Below are positions 30,793-40,348 of a stretch of 64,000 bases of DNA, piece by piece. The position numbers were made by a program, and so were the translations under genes. This DNA is from Bdellovibrionota bacterium (lineage in GTDB: Bacteria > Bdellovibrionota_G > JALEGL01 > DATDPG01): positions 2,112,001-2,176,000 of the forward strand of contig OY764265.1 of NCBI GenBank assembly GCA_963668355.1, given 5' to 3'. The first letter of the stretch is position 1. Every line of letters begins with the position of its first letter. The notes under the pieces are model-generated. The model had not been told where the DNA came from. It did no database searches and was given only the letters and a program-made list of their open reading frames with translations.

Positions 30793-32181
30793 ATGGCAAG
30801 GCTTTTGGTTGTTGATGACGAACAATCCATTTTAGAGTTTTTCGAAATCCTCTTGGAACGAGAAGGCTATGAGGTCGAAGTCGTTTCGCACGGAAAAGAG
30901 GCCATCGAAAAAGTGTCTCAGGAACCCTTTGACCTGGTCATAACCGACCTATCCATGCCAGAGGTCGATGGAATGATGGTGTTGGAGAAAGTGAAAGAGA
31001 TTTCCCCTGAAACCGTGGTCCTGATGGTTACGGCATTTGCCACGGCGGAGTCCGCGGTGGAGGCCATGAAAAAAGGTGCGTACGACTACCTCATGAAGCC
31101 GTTTAAGGTGGACGAAATTCGTTTGGTGATTCGAAACGCTTTGGAAAAAGCTCACCTGCGAAGGGAAAACGTGAATCTCAAAAAGCAGGTTCATCGTGAA
31201 AAGGGTTTCGCCAATTTGATTGGTTCCAGCCGAAGCATGCGTGAGGTTTTCGACATCATTGGTCGCGTGGCTTCTGGAAAAGCCAGCGTACTCATTGTTG
31301 GGGAAAGCGGAACGGGAAAAGAGTTGGTGGCCAAAGCCATTCATGAAAACTCTCCACGGAGTGAGAAGCCTTTTGTCACGATTAACTGCGCGGCGATTCC
31401 AGAAAATCTGATTGAAAGCGAATTGTTTGGGTATGTGAGAGGCGCATTTACCGGAGCCCATGCCAACAAAATGGGGTTGTTTGAGGCGGCTCATGGGGGA
31501 ACGCTGTTTCTGGATGAAATAGGCGAATTACCTCCCCAGGTTCAGGTGAAGTTATTGCGCGTTCTTCAAGAACGCTCCGTTCGTCGAATTGGAAGTACGA
31601 CCTCCTCCCCCGTGGATGTTCGGATTCTTTCAGCGACCAATCGGGACTTGGAAGAAGCCATTGAGCAAGGCATTTTCAGGGAGGATCTTTTTTATCGATT
31701 GAATGTCATTCAACTCGGCCTTCCCGCTTTGAGAGAACGGAAAGAAGATATCCCTCTCTTGGCCCGTTTCTTTTTAGAGAGATATGCCAAAGAGCACGAA
31801 AAGGACTTGGAGGGGATTTCTCCTGAGGCAATGGACCTGATTCAAAACTATGATTTTCCGGGGAATGTTCGGGAGTTGGAGAATGTGATCGAACAATGTG
31901 TAACGTTCGAAACCACTTCCATGATTTCCTCTCAAACCCTTCCCGAAAAAGTTCGTTTAGCGGCAAAAACCATGGTGTCTCAAACGGCGTTGTTCCCAAA
32001 ACAGGGGGTGGATCTGGAAAGGCAAATGGACGAAATGGAGAAAAAACTTCTCCTGGAAGCCCTTCGTGAAGCCAATGGAGTGAAAAAGAAGGCGGCGGCG
32101 TTGCTTAAAATTAGCTTCCGCTCGTTAAGATATCGTCTCATGAAGCATAAAATCGACTCGGATGAGGGCTCAGAGGGGTGA
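30793..32181 (+). CDS. pilR: Sigma-54 response regulator PilR
   Basis: Intact REC (VDD, ITD, VTA, KP), GESGTGKE, GAFTGA, Fis HTH ISFRSLRYR. Confidence 0.92.
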   Translation: MARLLVVDDEQSILEFFEILLEREGYEVEVVSHGKEAIEKVSQEPFDLVITDLSMPEVDGMMVLEKVKEISPETVVLMVTAFATAESAVEAMKKGAYDYLMKPFKVDEIRLVIRNALEKAHLRRENVNLKKQVHREKGFANLIGSSRSMREVFDIIGRVASGKASVLIVGESGTGKELVAKAIHENSPRSEKPFVTINCAAIPENLIESELFGYVRGAFTGAHANKMGLFEAAHGGTLFLDEIGELPPQVQVKLLRVLQERSVRRIGSTTSSPVDVRILSATNRDLEEAIEQGIFREDLFYRLNVIQLGLPALRERKEDIPLLARFFLERYAKEHEKDLEGISPEAMDLIQNYDFPGNVRELENVIEQCVTFETTSMISSQTLPEKVRLAAKTMVSQTALFPKQGVDLERQMDEMEKKLLLEALREANGVKKKAAALLKISFRSLRYRLMKHKIDSDEGSEG

Positions 32182-32233
32182 CAATTTTTGTCCATTGACG
32201 AAAAAGGGCGCCCATTTATGACAAAATTTGTCA
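32179..32233. promoter_or_regulatory. Two TGACA-N5-TGTC(A/C) palindromes, putative PilR enhancer
   Basis: TGACAATTTTTGTCC (32179) and TGACAAAATTTGTCA (32219), 40 bp apart, upstream of the sigma-54 promoter. Confidence 0.65.
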
Positions 32234-32316
32234 CTCTATAACGAGTCGCGTCAGAGGGATCGTTCATAACTCACTGAAAACAAAGGAAAAATTAAAGTTC
32301 GCGCCTTTTTTCATTT

Positions 32317-32332
32317 TGGCTTAAAGTTTGCT
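32317..32332 (+). promoter_or_regulatory. Sigma-54 (-24/-12) promoter of pilA
   Basis: TGGC-TTAAAGT-TTGCT with canonical GG-N10-GC spacing. Confidence 0.8.
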
Positions 32333-32396
32333 TTATGACGGCGAGGCCTTGAAAGGGTCACGTTAGTCTCTAGAGAACTACTTAGGAGGAAAATCA

Positions 32397-32930
32397 ATGT
32401 TAAAAGCTTTATTTAAAATGAAGAAGCAGAAAGGCTTCACGTTGATCGAGCTAATGATCGTTGTTGCGATTATTGGTATTTTGGCAGCGGTCGCTATTCC
32501 TGCTTTCTTGAAATACATCCGAAAATCCAAAACCACGGAAGCTCGAACCAACATCCGTAAATTGTATGATGGTGAGCTTTCTTACTATGACGAAGAACAC
32601 GTCGAACGAAACGGTCAAATGATCAGCAAACAGTTCATCTCTGCGGGTCCGACCCCAGCTACGGCGGGTTTGAATGTGGATAAACGAACGGGTGACTGGA
32701 CAACAGATGACTGGTCCGCTTTGAAATTCGGATCAGATTCTCCCGTGTTGTATTCCTATGAAACAACCGCATCAGGCTCAGGAACCAACTCGGCCTTCAC
32801 GGCTCGAGCCTATGGTGACTTGGATGGTGACGGAACCACATCTATTTTCGAGCGCGTTGGATCCGTTGATACGGGTACAGGTGAAGTCGTCGGTGGTGCC
32901 GGTCTCTACACCTACAACGATCTTGAGTAG
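32397..32930 (+). CDS. pilA: Type IVa major pilin
   Basis: [33 protein letters not shown]; own promoter and terminator. Confidence 0.95.
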   Translation: MLKALFKMKKQKGFTLIELMIVVAIIGILAAVAIPAFLKYIRKSKTTEARTNIRKLYDGELSYYDEEHVERNGQMISKQFISAGPTPATAGLNVDKRTGDWTTDDWSALKFGSDSPVLYSYETTASGSGTNSAFTARAYGDLDGDGTTSIFERVGSVDTGTGEVVGGAGLYTYNDLE

Positions 32931-32961
32931 AATAAGCTCTTAAACCTTCTTAGAAGGTTTG

Positions 32962-32998
32962 AAACGGCTGGAAATGAAAGTTTCCAGCCGTTTTTTTT
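32962..32998 (+). terminator. Intrinsic terminator after pilA
   Basis: AAACGGCTGGAAA-TGAAAG-TTTCCAGCCGTTTTTTTT. Confidence 0.9.
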
Positions 32999-33069
32999 GT
33001 GTGATTTTTGATCGTTGAGGGCAACAAGGAGGTTTGCAAAAAGATCAAATCGAATAAAATTAGGGCCTT

Positions 33070-34005
33070 GTGAAGTTTGGGAAACTGACAAAAACCGTCC
33101 TTTTGGGCGCCCTCTTTTTGAGTTCCTTTTTCGGACTCTTGGTGGGGCATATGAATCTGGTCATTCATGAAAATAACCAACCTTCGGATCCCAGTATGTA
33201 TTACGTGCTGGATGGGCAGAAAATCAAACCGTTTCTTTTGGGGCACGAAGCCCTCTTGGCCGATCTCATTTGGATTCGAACCTTGGGCTATTTTGCAGAT
33301 GAAATTTTGTCTGGTGGAAAATTTGAGTTTCTTGAGAAATTGGTGAATTTAGCCACGGACTTAGATCCTCGTTTTGAGAGCGTGTACATCTGGGCGGGGG
33401 CCATCACGATGTACAATTCAGGTGCGATTACGAAAGAAAAAGTTGAAGCCAGCAATCGAATTTTATTGAAAGGGTGGAATACCATTCAGAATGACCCGGA
33501 AGGGTGGAGGCACGACCCTCGCTATTGGATGATTCCGCAGATGCTGGGCTTCAATTACGCCATTGAGCTAAGAGATCACGAAAAAGGTGCTCCCTTCATT
33601 GCGGCTGTCGCAAGAATTCCAGAAAGTCCGGACCTATACAAAACGTGGGCTGCGACGTTGTTTAACAAAAGTGGGAATCTCCAAGCAGGAATCGATGTCT
33701 TGGAGGACGTATTGGCCATTGAGACCTTAAGTTCTCAGCTGGCCAGCATCAAAGAAAATCAAATTCGGCAAAGAATCATGAGTCGTTTGAACTATTATTA
33801 TGAACGACTCTATGGAGAAGACGGAAAGAAACGGGTTGAAGTTTTAAAACGAACCTTGGAAAAATTATTTTGGGAGTGGCGAAATACACTTCCCTATGTT
33901 TCTTTTGATCTGTTCCTGTTGCTTCGAGAAGATTCGCCCCAGAAACCTTTAACACCTGACCTGTGGTCGAACCTTTTTCCTCATCTTGACTCTTCCTCTC
34001 TATGA
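33070..34005 (+). CDS. pilG: PilG-like (Myxococcus pilGHI type) membrane-anchored periplasmic protein
   Basis: N-terminal TM, LADLIWIR and DLDPRF motifs; lies right after pilA and before the ABC genes. Confidence 0.6.
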   Translation: MKFGKLTKTVLLGALFLSSFFGLLVGHMNLVIHENNQPSDPSMYYVLDGQKIKPFLLGHEALLADLIWIRTLGYFADEILSGGKFEFLEKLVNLATDLDPRFESVYIWAGAITMYNSGAITKEKVEASNRILLKGWNTIQNDPEGWRHDPRYWMIPQMLGFNYAIELRDHEKGAPFIAAVARIPESPDLYKTWAATLFNKSGNLQAGIDVLEDVLAIETLSSQLASIKENQIRQRIMSRLNYYYERLYGEDGKKRVEVLKRTLEKLFWEWRNTLPYVSFDLFLLLREDSPQKPLTPDLWSNLFPHLDSSSL

Positions 34006-35582
34006 TCTGGCTATTGGTAGCGATGGGGTGGTTTTGGATCTCCGCGCCGAGCATGGGGTGGCTGGATGCGACGGAACTCTCACTCTCGGCAAATTCCTTG
34101 GGAATTGGACATCCTCCAGGCCAAATTCCCCATGTTCTCTTAGGCGCTTTGGTTCAGTTACTTCCGGTGGGTGATCCTTCGTTTCGTTTGGTGTTTTTGT
34201 CGGTTCTTGGGTGTTTGCTATGTCTTGTCTTTGCCAAGAAGCTTTCTTCGACCGCTCCAAATCTTTGGATCGATGGTCTAATCATTTTGCTCGGAACCTC
34301 TTGGCTGTTTTCTCTTCAAGCCATTCGGACCGAAGTATATGGTTTGGTGGGGGCTCTGTCGTTGGGAAGTGTTCTGCTGACTCTTCCACCCCTGGATGTT
34401 CGAAAGAGGTACCTGGCTTGGTTCGTTTGGGGATTGGCGATGTTGCTTCATCCAACGATTTCTTTTGGTGCGTTACCTTTTTTACTTCGAGGCTCCGGGA
34501 AGAAGGGAGTTTTTTTTACACTGCTTGTTTCCCTTTTGCTTGTGTATCTTCCATTCCGGGCCATGAGTGATCCGGCATGGAATTTTGGAAATCCAAAGGA
34601 GTGGGATCGATTTCTTTGGTACATCACGGGAAAATTGTATTCGGCGTATTCACCTGCATCGATGGGCCAGTACGTTTCCAACGTCTTCCGTACGTTTCAT
34701 ATGCTTGCGGAAATGTTGACGTTGCCGGGGGTGGCTTTGTCGATTTACGGAGGGTTTGTTTGTTATCGAGAGCGACGAAGCTTCTTCTTCACAACTTTCT
34801 GGAGTTTGGTTCTGTTTTTGTTTCCCGTTCTTTCGAGAGGACATTTCTGGGAAACGAATCCGGACCTGGGGGGGTATCTTCTTCCTGCATCGGCCTTGCT
34901 TTTGGCTTGGTCCCTTCGGGGAGGCCAGGAGCTATTGGCCAAGTTTGCTTGGCTTAAATTTCCGGTCGTTTCCATCCTTGTTCTGGTCTTAAGTTTGCAC
35001 TTGTTGGAATGGAAGAATGATCTCTCTTTGCGAAAGGATTTTAGTGCCCATATTCATGCCAAATATTTGCTTGAAGAACCGGGTCCCAGAGCGCGGGTTC
35101 ATGTCGCCAGTTTTTCGACATTTAGTTTTATGCGCTATGGGCAAGTGGTTGAAGGGTTACGTCCGGATCTTCGGATAAGATATCGAGGTCTACCAACCCC
35201 CTTCAAAGACGCTCCGGTTCAGAGTGAAGAACAACAGTGGTGGGAATTGGCCTTGAGCCGGGGGCGAGACGGGCAATATGAGTTGCGCAAAGAAGATCGG
35301 GAACTCGCGCCTCAGTTAATTCCTCAAGGTTGGTTTTATCTTATTGGAGGCGGGGTCGCAGAGAAAGACTGGGTGAATGAACTCAAGAGGAGGAACCAAA
35401 AAGTCCTCGGACCGATGAGGGCCAAACTGGAGTATCCCAAAGAACCTCTAATCTTGAATTATCTTGTGCATTACATAATGTCTCGAGACTCTCAAAGGGA
35501 GGAAACGCTTCACATTTGGAGGGATTTTCAGGAAATGTTTCCAAGTGTGGAAGGTTTGGAAATGGTGGAGCCAAAATCATGA
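34002..35582 (+). CDS. DUF2723 / TMEM260-like GT-C membrane glycosyltransferase
   Basis: WLDATEL...LGIGHPPG, QAIRTEVY, YLPFRA...NFGNP, VEGLRPDL; multi-TM. Confidence 0.75.
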   Translation: MIWLLVAMGWFWISAPSMGWLDATELSLSANSLGIGHPPGQIPHVLLGALVQLLPVGDPSFRLVFLSVLGCLLCLVFAKKLSSTAPNLWIDGLIILLGTSWLFSLQAIRTEVYGLVGALSLGSVLLTLPPLDVRKRYLAWFVWGLAMLLHPTISFGALPFLLRGSGKKGVFFTLLVSLLLVYLPFRAMSDPAWNFGNPKEWDRFLWYITGKLYSAYSPASMGQYVSNVFRTFHMLAEMLTLPGVALSIYGGFVCYRERRSFFFTTFWSLVLFLFPVLSRGHFWETNPDLGGYLLPASALLLAWSLRGGQELLAKFAWLKFPVVSILVLVLSLHLLEWKNDLSLRKDFSAHIHAKYLLEEPGPRARVHVASFSTFSFMRYGQVVEGLRPDLRIRYRGLPTPFKDAPVQSEEQQWWELALSRGRDGQYELRKEDRELAPQLIPQGWFYLIGGGVAEKDWVNELKRRNQKVLGPMRAKLEYPKEPLILNYLVHYIMSRDSQREETLHIWRDFQEMFPSVEGLEMVEPKS

Positions 35583-36514
35583 ACAAGAATGTCATTGAAA
35601 TAAAGAATTTGAATAAGGAGTTTTCCACTGATTTTTGGAAGCCAAAAGTTCAGGCCATTCAAGATGTCTCGTTTGAAGTGAAGAAAGGGGAGATTTTCGG
35701 TCTGGTCGGTCCCAATGGCGCAGGAAAGACCACGACGTTGAAGGTTTTGATGGGGCTTCTAAGGGCGACCTCCGGTGAGGCGTTGATCAATGGCGTCTCT
35801 GTCATGAAAACAAACGCTCGAAATGAGTTGGGGTACTTGCCGGAAAATGCCTACTACTATGACTTTCTCAAAACGGAAGAAGTATTGGATTTTTATGGAA
35901 GGCTTTTTGGTCTATCCAAGAAAGCCCGGAAAAAGAAAACCGACGAACTCTTGGAGTGGGTCGGTTTATCACATCGTCGTGGGGTTCGGTTGAGAGCCTT
36001 CTCCAAAGGGATGTTACAACGAATTGGCCTTGCCCAAGCTCTGGTCAACGATCCTGCTTTGGTCGTGTTGGATGAGCCAATGTCGGGCCTGGATCCCATT
36101 GGTCGAAAAGAAGTACGAGACATCATCGTCAATTTGGCCAATATGGGAAAAACAATTTTGTTTTCTTCGCATATCCTGTCGGATGTCGAGGTCCTTTGTG
36201 ATCGGGTGGCCATTCTGATCAATGGCCAAGTAAAGGCTTATGGAGATTTGGCCTCGTTGGTCCAACCCCGTGTGAAATCGGTGGAGATTACGATGCAGGG
36301 AGAGGAACATCCCGACCCCGAACCTTCGTGGAAGGATGGCAACATTCAGATCCGTCATGCGGGGGACAAGACCATTTTGACCACCCAAGACGTTTCAAAG
36401 ACCTCAAGCTTAATGGAGTGGGGAAAAGGGAAAGGCCTGAATTTGCTCTCGGTGGTTTCACATAAAGAAACCTTGGAAGATTTATTCATTCGAAAAGTGG
36501 AGGATTCGAAATGA
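35579..36514 (+). CDS. pilH: ABC transporter ATP-binding protein, PilH-like
   Basis: GPNGAGKT, FSKGMLQR, LDEPMSGLDP, SSH; ATGA overlap with the upstream gene. Confidence 0.85.
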   Translation: MNKNVIEIKNLNKEFSTDFWKPKVQAIQDVSFEVKKGEIFGLVGPNGAGKTTTLKVLMGLLRATSGEALINGVSVMKTNARNELGYLPENAYYYDFLKTEEVLDFYGRLFGLSKKARKKKTDELLEWVGLSHRRGVRLRAFSKGMLQRIGLAQALVNDPALVVLDEPMSGLDPIGRKEVRDIIVNLANMGKTILFSSHILSDVEVLCDRVAILINGQVKAYGDLASLVQPRVKSVEITMQGEEHPDPEPSWKDGNIQIRHAGDKTILTTQDVSKTSSLMEWGKGKGLNLLSVVSHKETLEDLFIRKVEDSK

Positions 36515-37314
36515 TTTGGCGATTGTATGCTTTGGCGCTGAACACGTTTCGAGAAGCTGTAAGGCAAAAGATCTTGTATACGTTGGTGTTCTTCACGGCA
36601 GTGATGATTTTGGCGTCGTTGTTCTTGGGTCAATTGTCTTTGGGGGCCGATGTTAAAATCGTCAAGGACTTGGGGTTGGCTTCCATCATGTTGTTTGGAG
36701 CGATGATTTCCATTTTTATGGGGATTGGTCTGGTCTTCAAAGAGGTGGATCGCAGAACCATTTATACCATTCTTTCCAAACCCGTTTCACGAGCTGAGTT
36801 TGTGGTGGGAAAATATCTGGGGTTGGTGGCGACGATTGCTTTGGAAGTTTTTGCAATGACGCTACTCCTTTTCCTCCTACTCTCCTTTTATTCAGAACCC
36901 TTGGATTGGAACTTATTGAAAGCGGTTCTCATGATTTATACCGAGCTATGTGTTTTGACCGCGGTTGCTTTGATTTTTTCGGCTTATTCGTCCTCCTTCA
37001 TGAGTTCGTTATTTTCCATTTCTTTCCTTCTCTTGGGGCACTTGACGGATGATTTGGCCGAAATTTTGGAACCCAAAATTGCCATCTTGCGAGAGGGAGG
37101 AGGGCTTGAACATGCTTTGGCCTTCTTTTTGTCGAGTTTTTCTTGGCTACTGGAGCAGTTTAATCTGGACCACTTTGTCATCAACGCAAAGATCGTACAC
37201 GGAGTTCCCGTACGTTGGGATTGGCTCTTCCATTCTCTTTATTATGCTGTGTGCTATGTTGTTATTTTGATCATGATTGCGATTTTTGTGTTTCGTCGAA
37301 AGGATCTCAAGTGA
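36511..37314 (+). CDS. pilI: ABC-2 type permease, PilI-like
   Basis: NTFREAVR, EVDRRTIYTILSKP, GKYLG, C-terminal FRRKDL. Confidence 0.85.
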   Translation: MIWRLYALALNTFREAVRQKILYTLVFFTAVMILASLFLGQLSLGADVKIVKDLGLASIMLFGAMISIFMGIGLVFKEVDRRTIYTILSKPVSRAEFVVGKYLGLVATIALEVFAMTLLLFLLLSFYSEPLDWNLLKAVLMIYTELCVLTAVALIFSAYSSSFMSSLFSISFLLLGHLTDDLAEILEPKIAILREGGGLEHALAFFLSSFSWLLEQFNLDHFVINAKIVHGVPVRWDWLFHSLYYAVCYVVILIMIAIFVFRRKDLK

Positions 37315-37949
37315 GGAAGAAGATTCTTTCCGTAGGAATGGGTGGGGCTGTGGTGTTGCTGCTGATTCTTACGCGTTGCTTTTTGGGGTCCCAGGAAGCC
37401 TATGAAAAAGGTACGCAGCTTCTTCAAAAGGGAGAGGTGGAGAGCGCCATCTTGTCCTTTGATCATGCCATTCACTGGTATTTCCCAGGGAACCCTTTTC
37501 CTGAAAGATCCATTCAGTCGCTGTGGAAACTGGGGAATGATCTTCAAAATAAACAGGACCCTTCCATGGCTCTTTTGGCTTTTGATTCTCTTCGGGGGGG
37601 GATTTATTCGATTCGAAATGTCTATTGGCCGTATCGGGATTGGTTGCCCCAAGTAAATGAGAAAATTGCTCGTTTAAGAGGAATGCAAGAAGCCAAACAG
37701 AATCCCCAATTGAGGCCCGAGGATGCCTATGAAAAGCATTTAAAGCTGCTAACGCGCGATGAACGTCCCCAAACCGCATGGGTCGTTCTTATGGGAGTGG
37801 GCTTCCTCGGTTGGCTCTTTTCAATTGTGGCTTGGATTTGGAAGGGATTTGACGCCGAGGGCAAGATTCTCTTACGGAAATCGATTCCTTGGGTGATTGC
37901 TGCGGTGATTTTTTTCGCCTTGTGGGTAGGAAGTCTACTGAAGGCGTGA
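37311..37949 (+). CDS. Hypothetical membrane protein with a short TPR-like periplasmic region
   Basis: N-terminal TM, AIHWYFPGNP, two C-terminal TMs; GTGA overlaps on both sides. Confidence 0.7.
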   Translation: MRKKILSVGMGGAVVLLLILTRCFLGSQEAYEKGTQLLQKGEVESAILSFDHAIHWYFPGNPFPERSIQSLWKLGNDLQNKQDPSMALLAFDSLRGGIYSIRNVYWPYRDWLPQVNEKIARLRGMQEAKQNPQLRPEDAYEKHLKLLTRDERPQTAWVVLMGVGFLGWLFSIVAWIWKGFDAEGKILLRKSIPWVIAAVIFFALWVGSLLKA

Positions 37950-40348
37950 CGTCCTTTCCCTATATCGCGCTGGCTTTTTCCGGCCTCGCATCGCTCATTC
38001 TTCAAGTGATTTGGACGCGATTCGGTGTTCTCATTTTTGGAACCACCACGCTTTCCATTACAACGGTTCTCTCCGTTTTCATGGGTGGATTGGCTCTTGG
38101 AAATGCTGTGGTGGGAAAGTGGGGGTTGAATAGGGTTCGTCGACCTTTTTTGGCTTACGCAGGAGTTGAAATGAGCACCGGGCTTCTGGCTGCGGGCATC
38201 GTTCTTTGCTCGGTTTGGTTTCATGGGGCGGATCAAATTCCGGGGGTTTTGTTTGTTTCTCTCATGATGTTGGCCACGACGATGATGGGGATGACCCTTC
38301 CTTTTATGATTCAGGGCTTGAGAGAGTTTGGCGTCTCACGATTCGTCTCGGTGGCTTGGGCGTATGGCATAAACACAGTGGGAGGGGCTGTGGGAGCCCT
38401 CTTGGGGGCGTTTGTGTGGCTTCCGAAGTTTGGTTTGTTCGGGGCTTCTTGGGTCGCGGTGCTTCTTTTGTTTTTGGCCTCCGGTTTCGGATGGGTTCTT
38501 CGGAATCGCGGAACGGTCCAAGAGGTGAAGCGTGAGAACCCGCAGAAGAACGAAAAATTGCAATGGGGCTTATTGGGCATTGCGGCTTGGGGGGGAGCCT
38601 CTTCCCTTTCTTTGGAAATTGTCTGGACTAGGCTGCTGAGTTTGATTTTGGGACCCTCCGTCTATGCCTTTGGCGTGGTTTTGTTTGTCTATTTATTGGG
38701 GATTTCACTAGGATCGGTCTTAAGTGGTTTTGTCCTAAAGCGTTTAAAGGTAAAGCCGGTTTTGATCAGTTCGGTCTTGTTTCTTTTGGCCCTTTCGGTG
38801 GCGTTGAGCTCAGGCATTTTTGGTGTTCTGCCTTTCGTGTATGTCTCCACGGTTGAATGGCTTCATCCTTCGCCACGCTCTCTTGTCCTGGTGGAAATGT
38901 TTCTCTCCTTTTTGGCCTTGATGCCGACCGCATTATTGCATGGGTTTCTATTGCCCTTATTGATTCAAGTGTATGGAGAGAATGATTCCATCGAGAAATC
39001 TACGGCATGGAGTTTAAGCATCAACACGTTGGGGGCGATCATTGGGTCTATGCTTACGGGGCTATGGCTGATTCCGAGTTATGGTTTCATGTGGATTGTT
39101 TTCAGTGTGATTTTTTTCCACGTCTTGTTAGGGCTAGGAATCTTTTTAAAAACTCAACCCCATTTTTCCGGGACTTCAAAAGCTGTCCTCTCCGTGGTGG
39201 TTATCTTGTTCGTGGTGGTGTTTGGATTTCGCATGGATCAATTTTGGGACCGAGCCGTACTTTCGAGTGGGGTCTACAAATATGCCGTGGGTGACGCGCT
39301 AAAAGGCAAGGAGGGCTCAAGCATTGAAGTGGGCAAAGTGCTTTTTTATCGAGAGGGGAAGGTTTCCACAGTCGCCGTTTTGGAAACGCCCAATGATCGA
39401 GTTCTTTCCATTGATGGAAAGGCCGATGCTTCTGCCTATGGAGATCGTTCCACACAGGTTCTTTTGGGAGCTCTTCCCATGAGCCTTTCTCGATCCATGG
39501 AAGATGTTTTGGTGATCGGTTTTGCCAGCGGCGTGACGGCCGGCGTGGCCTCCTTGTTTCCCGAATCGCATGTCACATCGGTGGAAATTGAGCCGGCGGT
39601 ATACGAAGCAGCCAAATTCTTTGAAGAAGTGAATCATGGTCCGTTATTGCCTCCGAATCACGACATGAGGGTCGATGATGCCAGACGCTTCTTGAGGGTA
39701 ACGCCTAAAACATTTGATGTGATCACGTCGGAGCCTTCCAATCCCTGGATGAGCGGAGTGGCTCCTTTGTTCACCCAAGAGTTCTTTCGGTTGGCATCCG
39801 AGCATTTAGCTCCTCAAGGAGTCATGTGCCAGTGGTTACCCATTTACGGCATGTCGACAGAGTTGGTGTCCTCCGTCATGAAAACGTTTCATTCTGTTTT
39901 TCCTCATGTCTTGGTTTTTGAGTCGATTGAGGGCTTTGATTTGTTGATGATCGGTTCTTTTGACGCTGTTTCTCTGGATCCACGAAAAATGGAAAGCCGA
40001 TGGGGCAACTTAGAGCTGCAACGGGAGTTGACCTCGATCGGAATTACAAAAGGAGTGGATCTCATTGGGCGGTTCATTTTGGGTGCACAGGGTTTGGAGC
40101 GTTTTTCGTCTTCGGGAGTCATCAACACAGATGATAATGGCTACCTCGAATTTCGAGCACCGTTGGATTTGCACTTAAAAACGGCGGGATTAAACGATCG
40201 CCTTCTTTCTCAAGCGACGGAGGGAATCGGACCTTATTTGAACATTGAGGAATTTTCGAAATTCGATCAACATCGATTGATTGAACGATTTAAAGACCGA
40301 AAAGAACAGCGGCTGATTCGTTTGTGGGAAGAGAGCGACGGATTTTAA
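37946..40348 (+). CDS. Fused multi-TM / spermidine-synthase-like SAM-fold protein
   Basis: Two internally repeated TM halves (IWTR/VWTR, INTVG/INTLG); C-terminal VLVIGFASGVT, VEIEP, DDAR, FDVITSEPSNPW. Confidence 0.85.
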   Translation: MTSFPYIALAFSGLASLILQVIWTRFGVLIFGTTTLSITTVLSVFMGGLALGNAVVGKWGLNRVRRPFLAYAGVEMSTGLLAAGIVLCSVWFHGADQIPGVLFVSLMMLATTMMGMTLPFMIQGLREFGVSRFVSVAWAYGINTVGGAVGALLGAFVWLPKFGLFGASWVAVLLLFLASGFGWVLRNRGTVQEVKRENPQKNEKLQWGLLGIAAWGGASSLSLEIVWTRLLSLILGPSVYAFGVVLFVYLLGISLGSVLSGFVLKRLKVKPVLISSVLFLLALSVALSSGIFGVLPFVYVSTVEWLHPSPRSLVLVEMFLSFLALMPTALLHGFLLPLLIQVYGENDSIEKSTAWSLSINTLGAIIGSMLTGLWLIPSYGFMWIVFSVIFFHVLLGLGIFLKTQPHFSGTSKAVLSVVVILFVVVFGFRMDQFWDRAVLSSGVYKYAVGDALKGKEGSSIEVGKVLFYREGKVSTVAVLETPNDRVLSIDGKADASAYGDRSTQVLLGALPMSLSRSMEDVLVIGFASGVTAGVASLFPESHVTSVEIEPAVYEAAKFFEEVNHGPLLPPNHDMRVDDARRFLRVTPKTFDVITSEPSNPWMSGVAPLFTQEFFRLASEHLAPQGVMCQWLPIYGMSTELVSSVMKTFHSVFPHVLVFESIEGFDLLMIGSFDAVSLDPRKMESRWGNLELQRELTSIGITKGVDLIGRFILGAQGLERFSSSGVINTDDNGYLEFRAPLDLHLKTAGLNDRLLSQATEGIGPYLNIEEFSKFDQHRLIERFKDRKEQRLIRLWEESDGF

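Noticed and set aside
32397..32930. PilA as an electrically conductive 'e-pilin' (18 of 164 aromatic residues including F1, F24, Y27, Y50, Y51)
   Set aside because: Aromatic-content criteria are weak and contested; positions 32 and 57 are not aromatic; no cytochrome genes in the window
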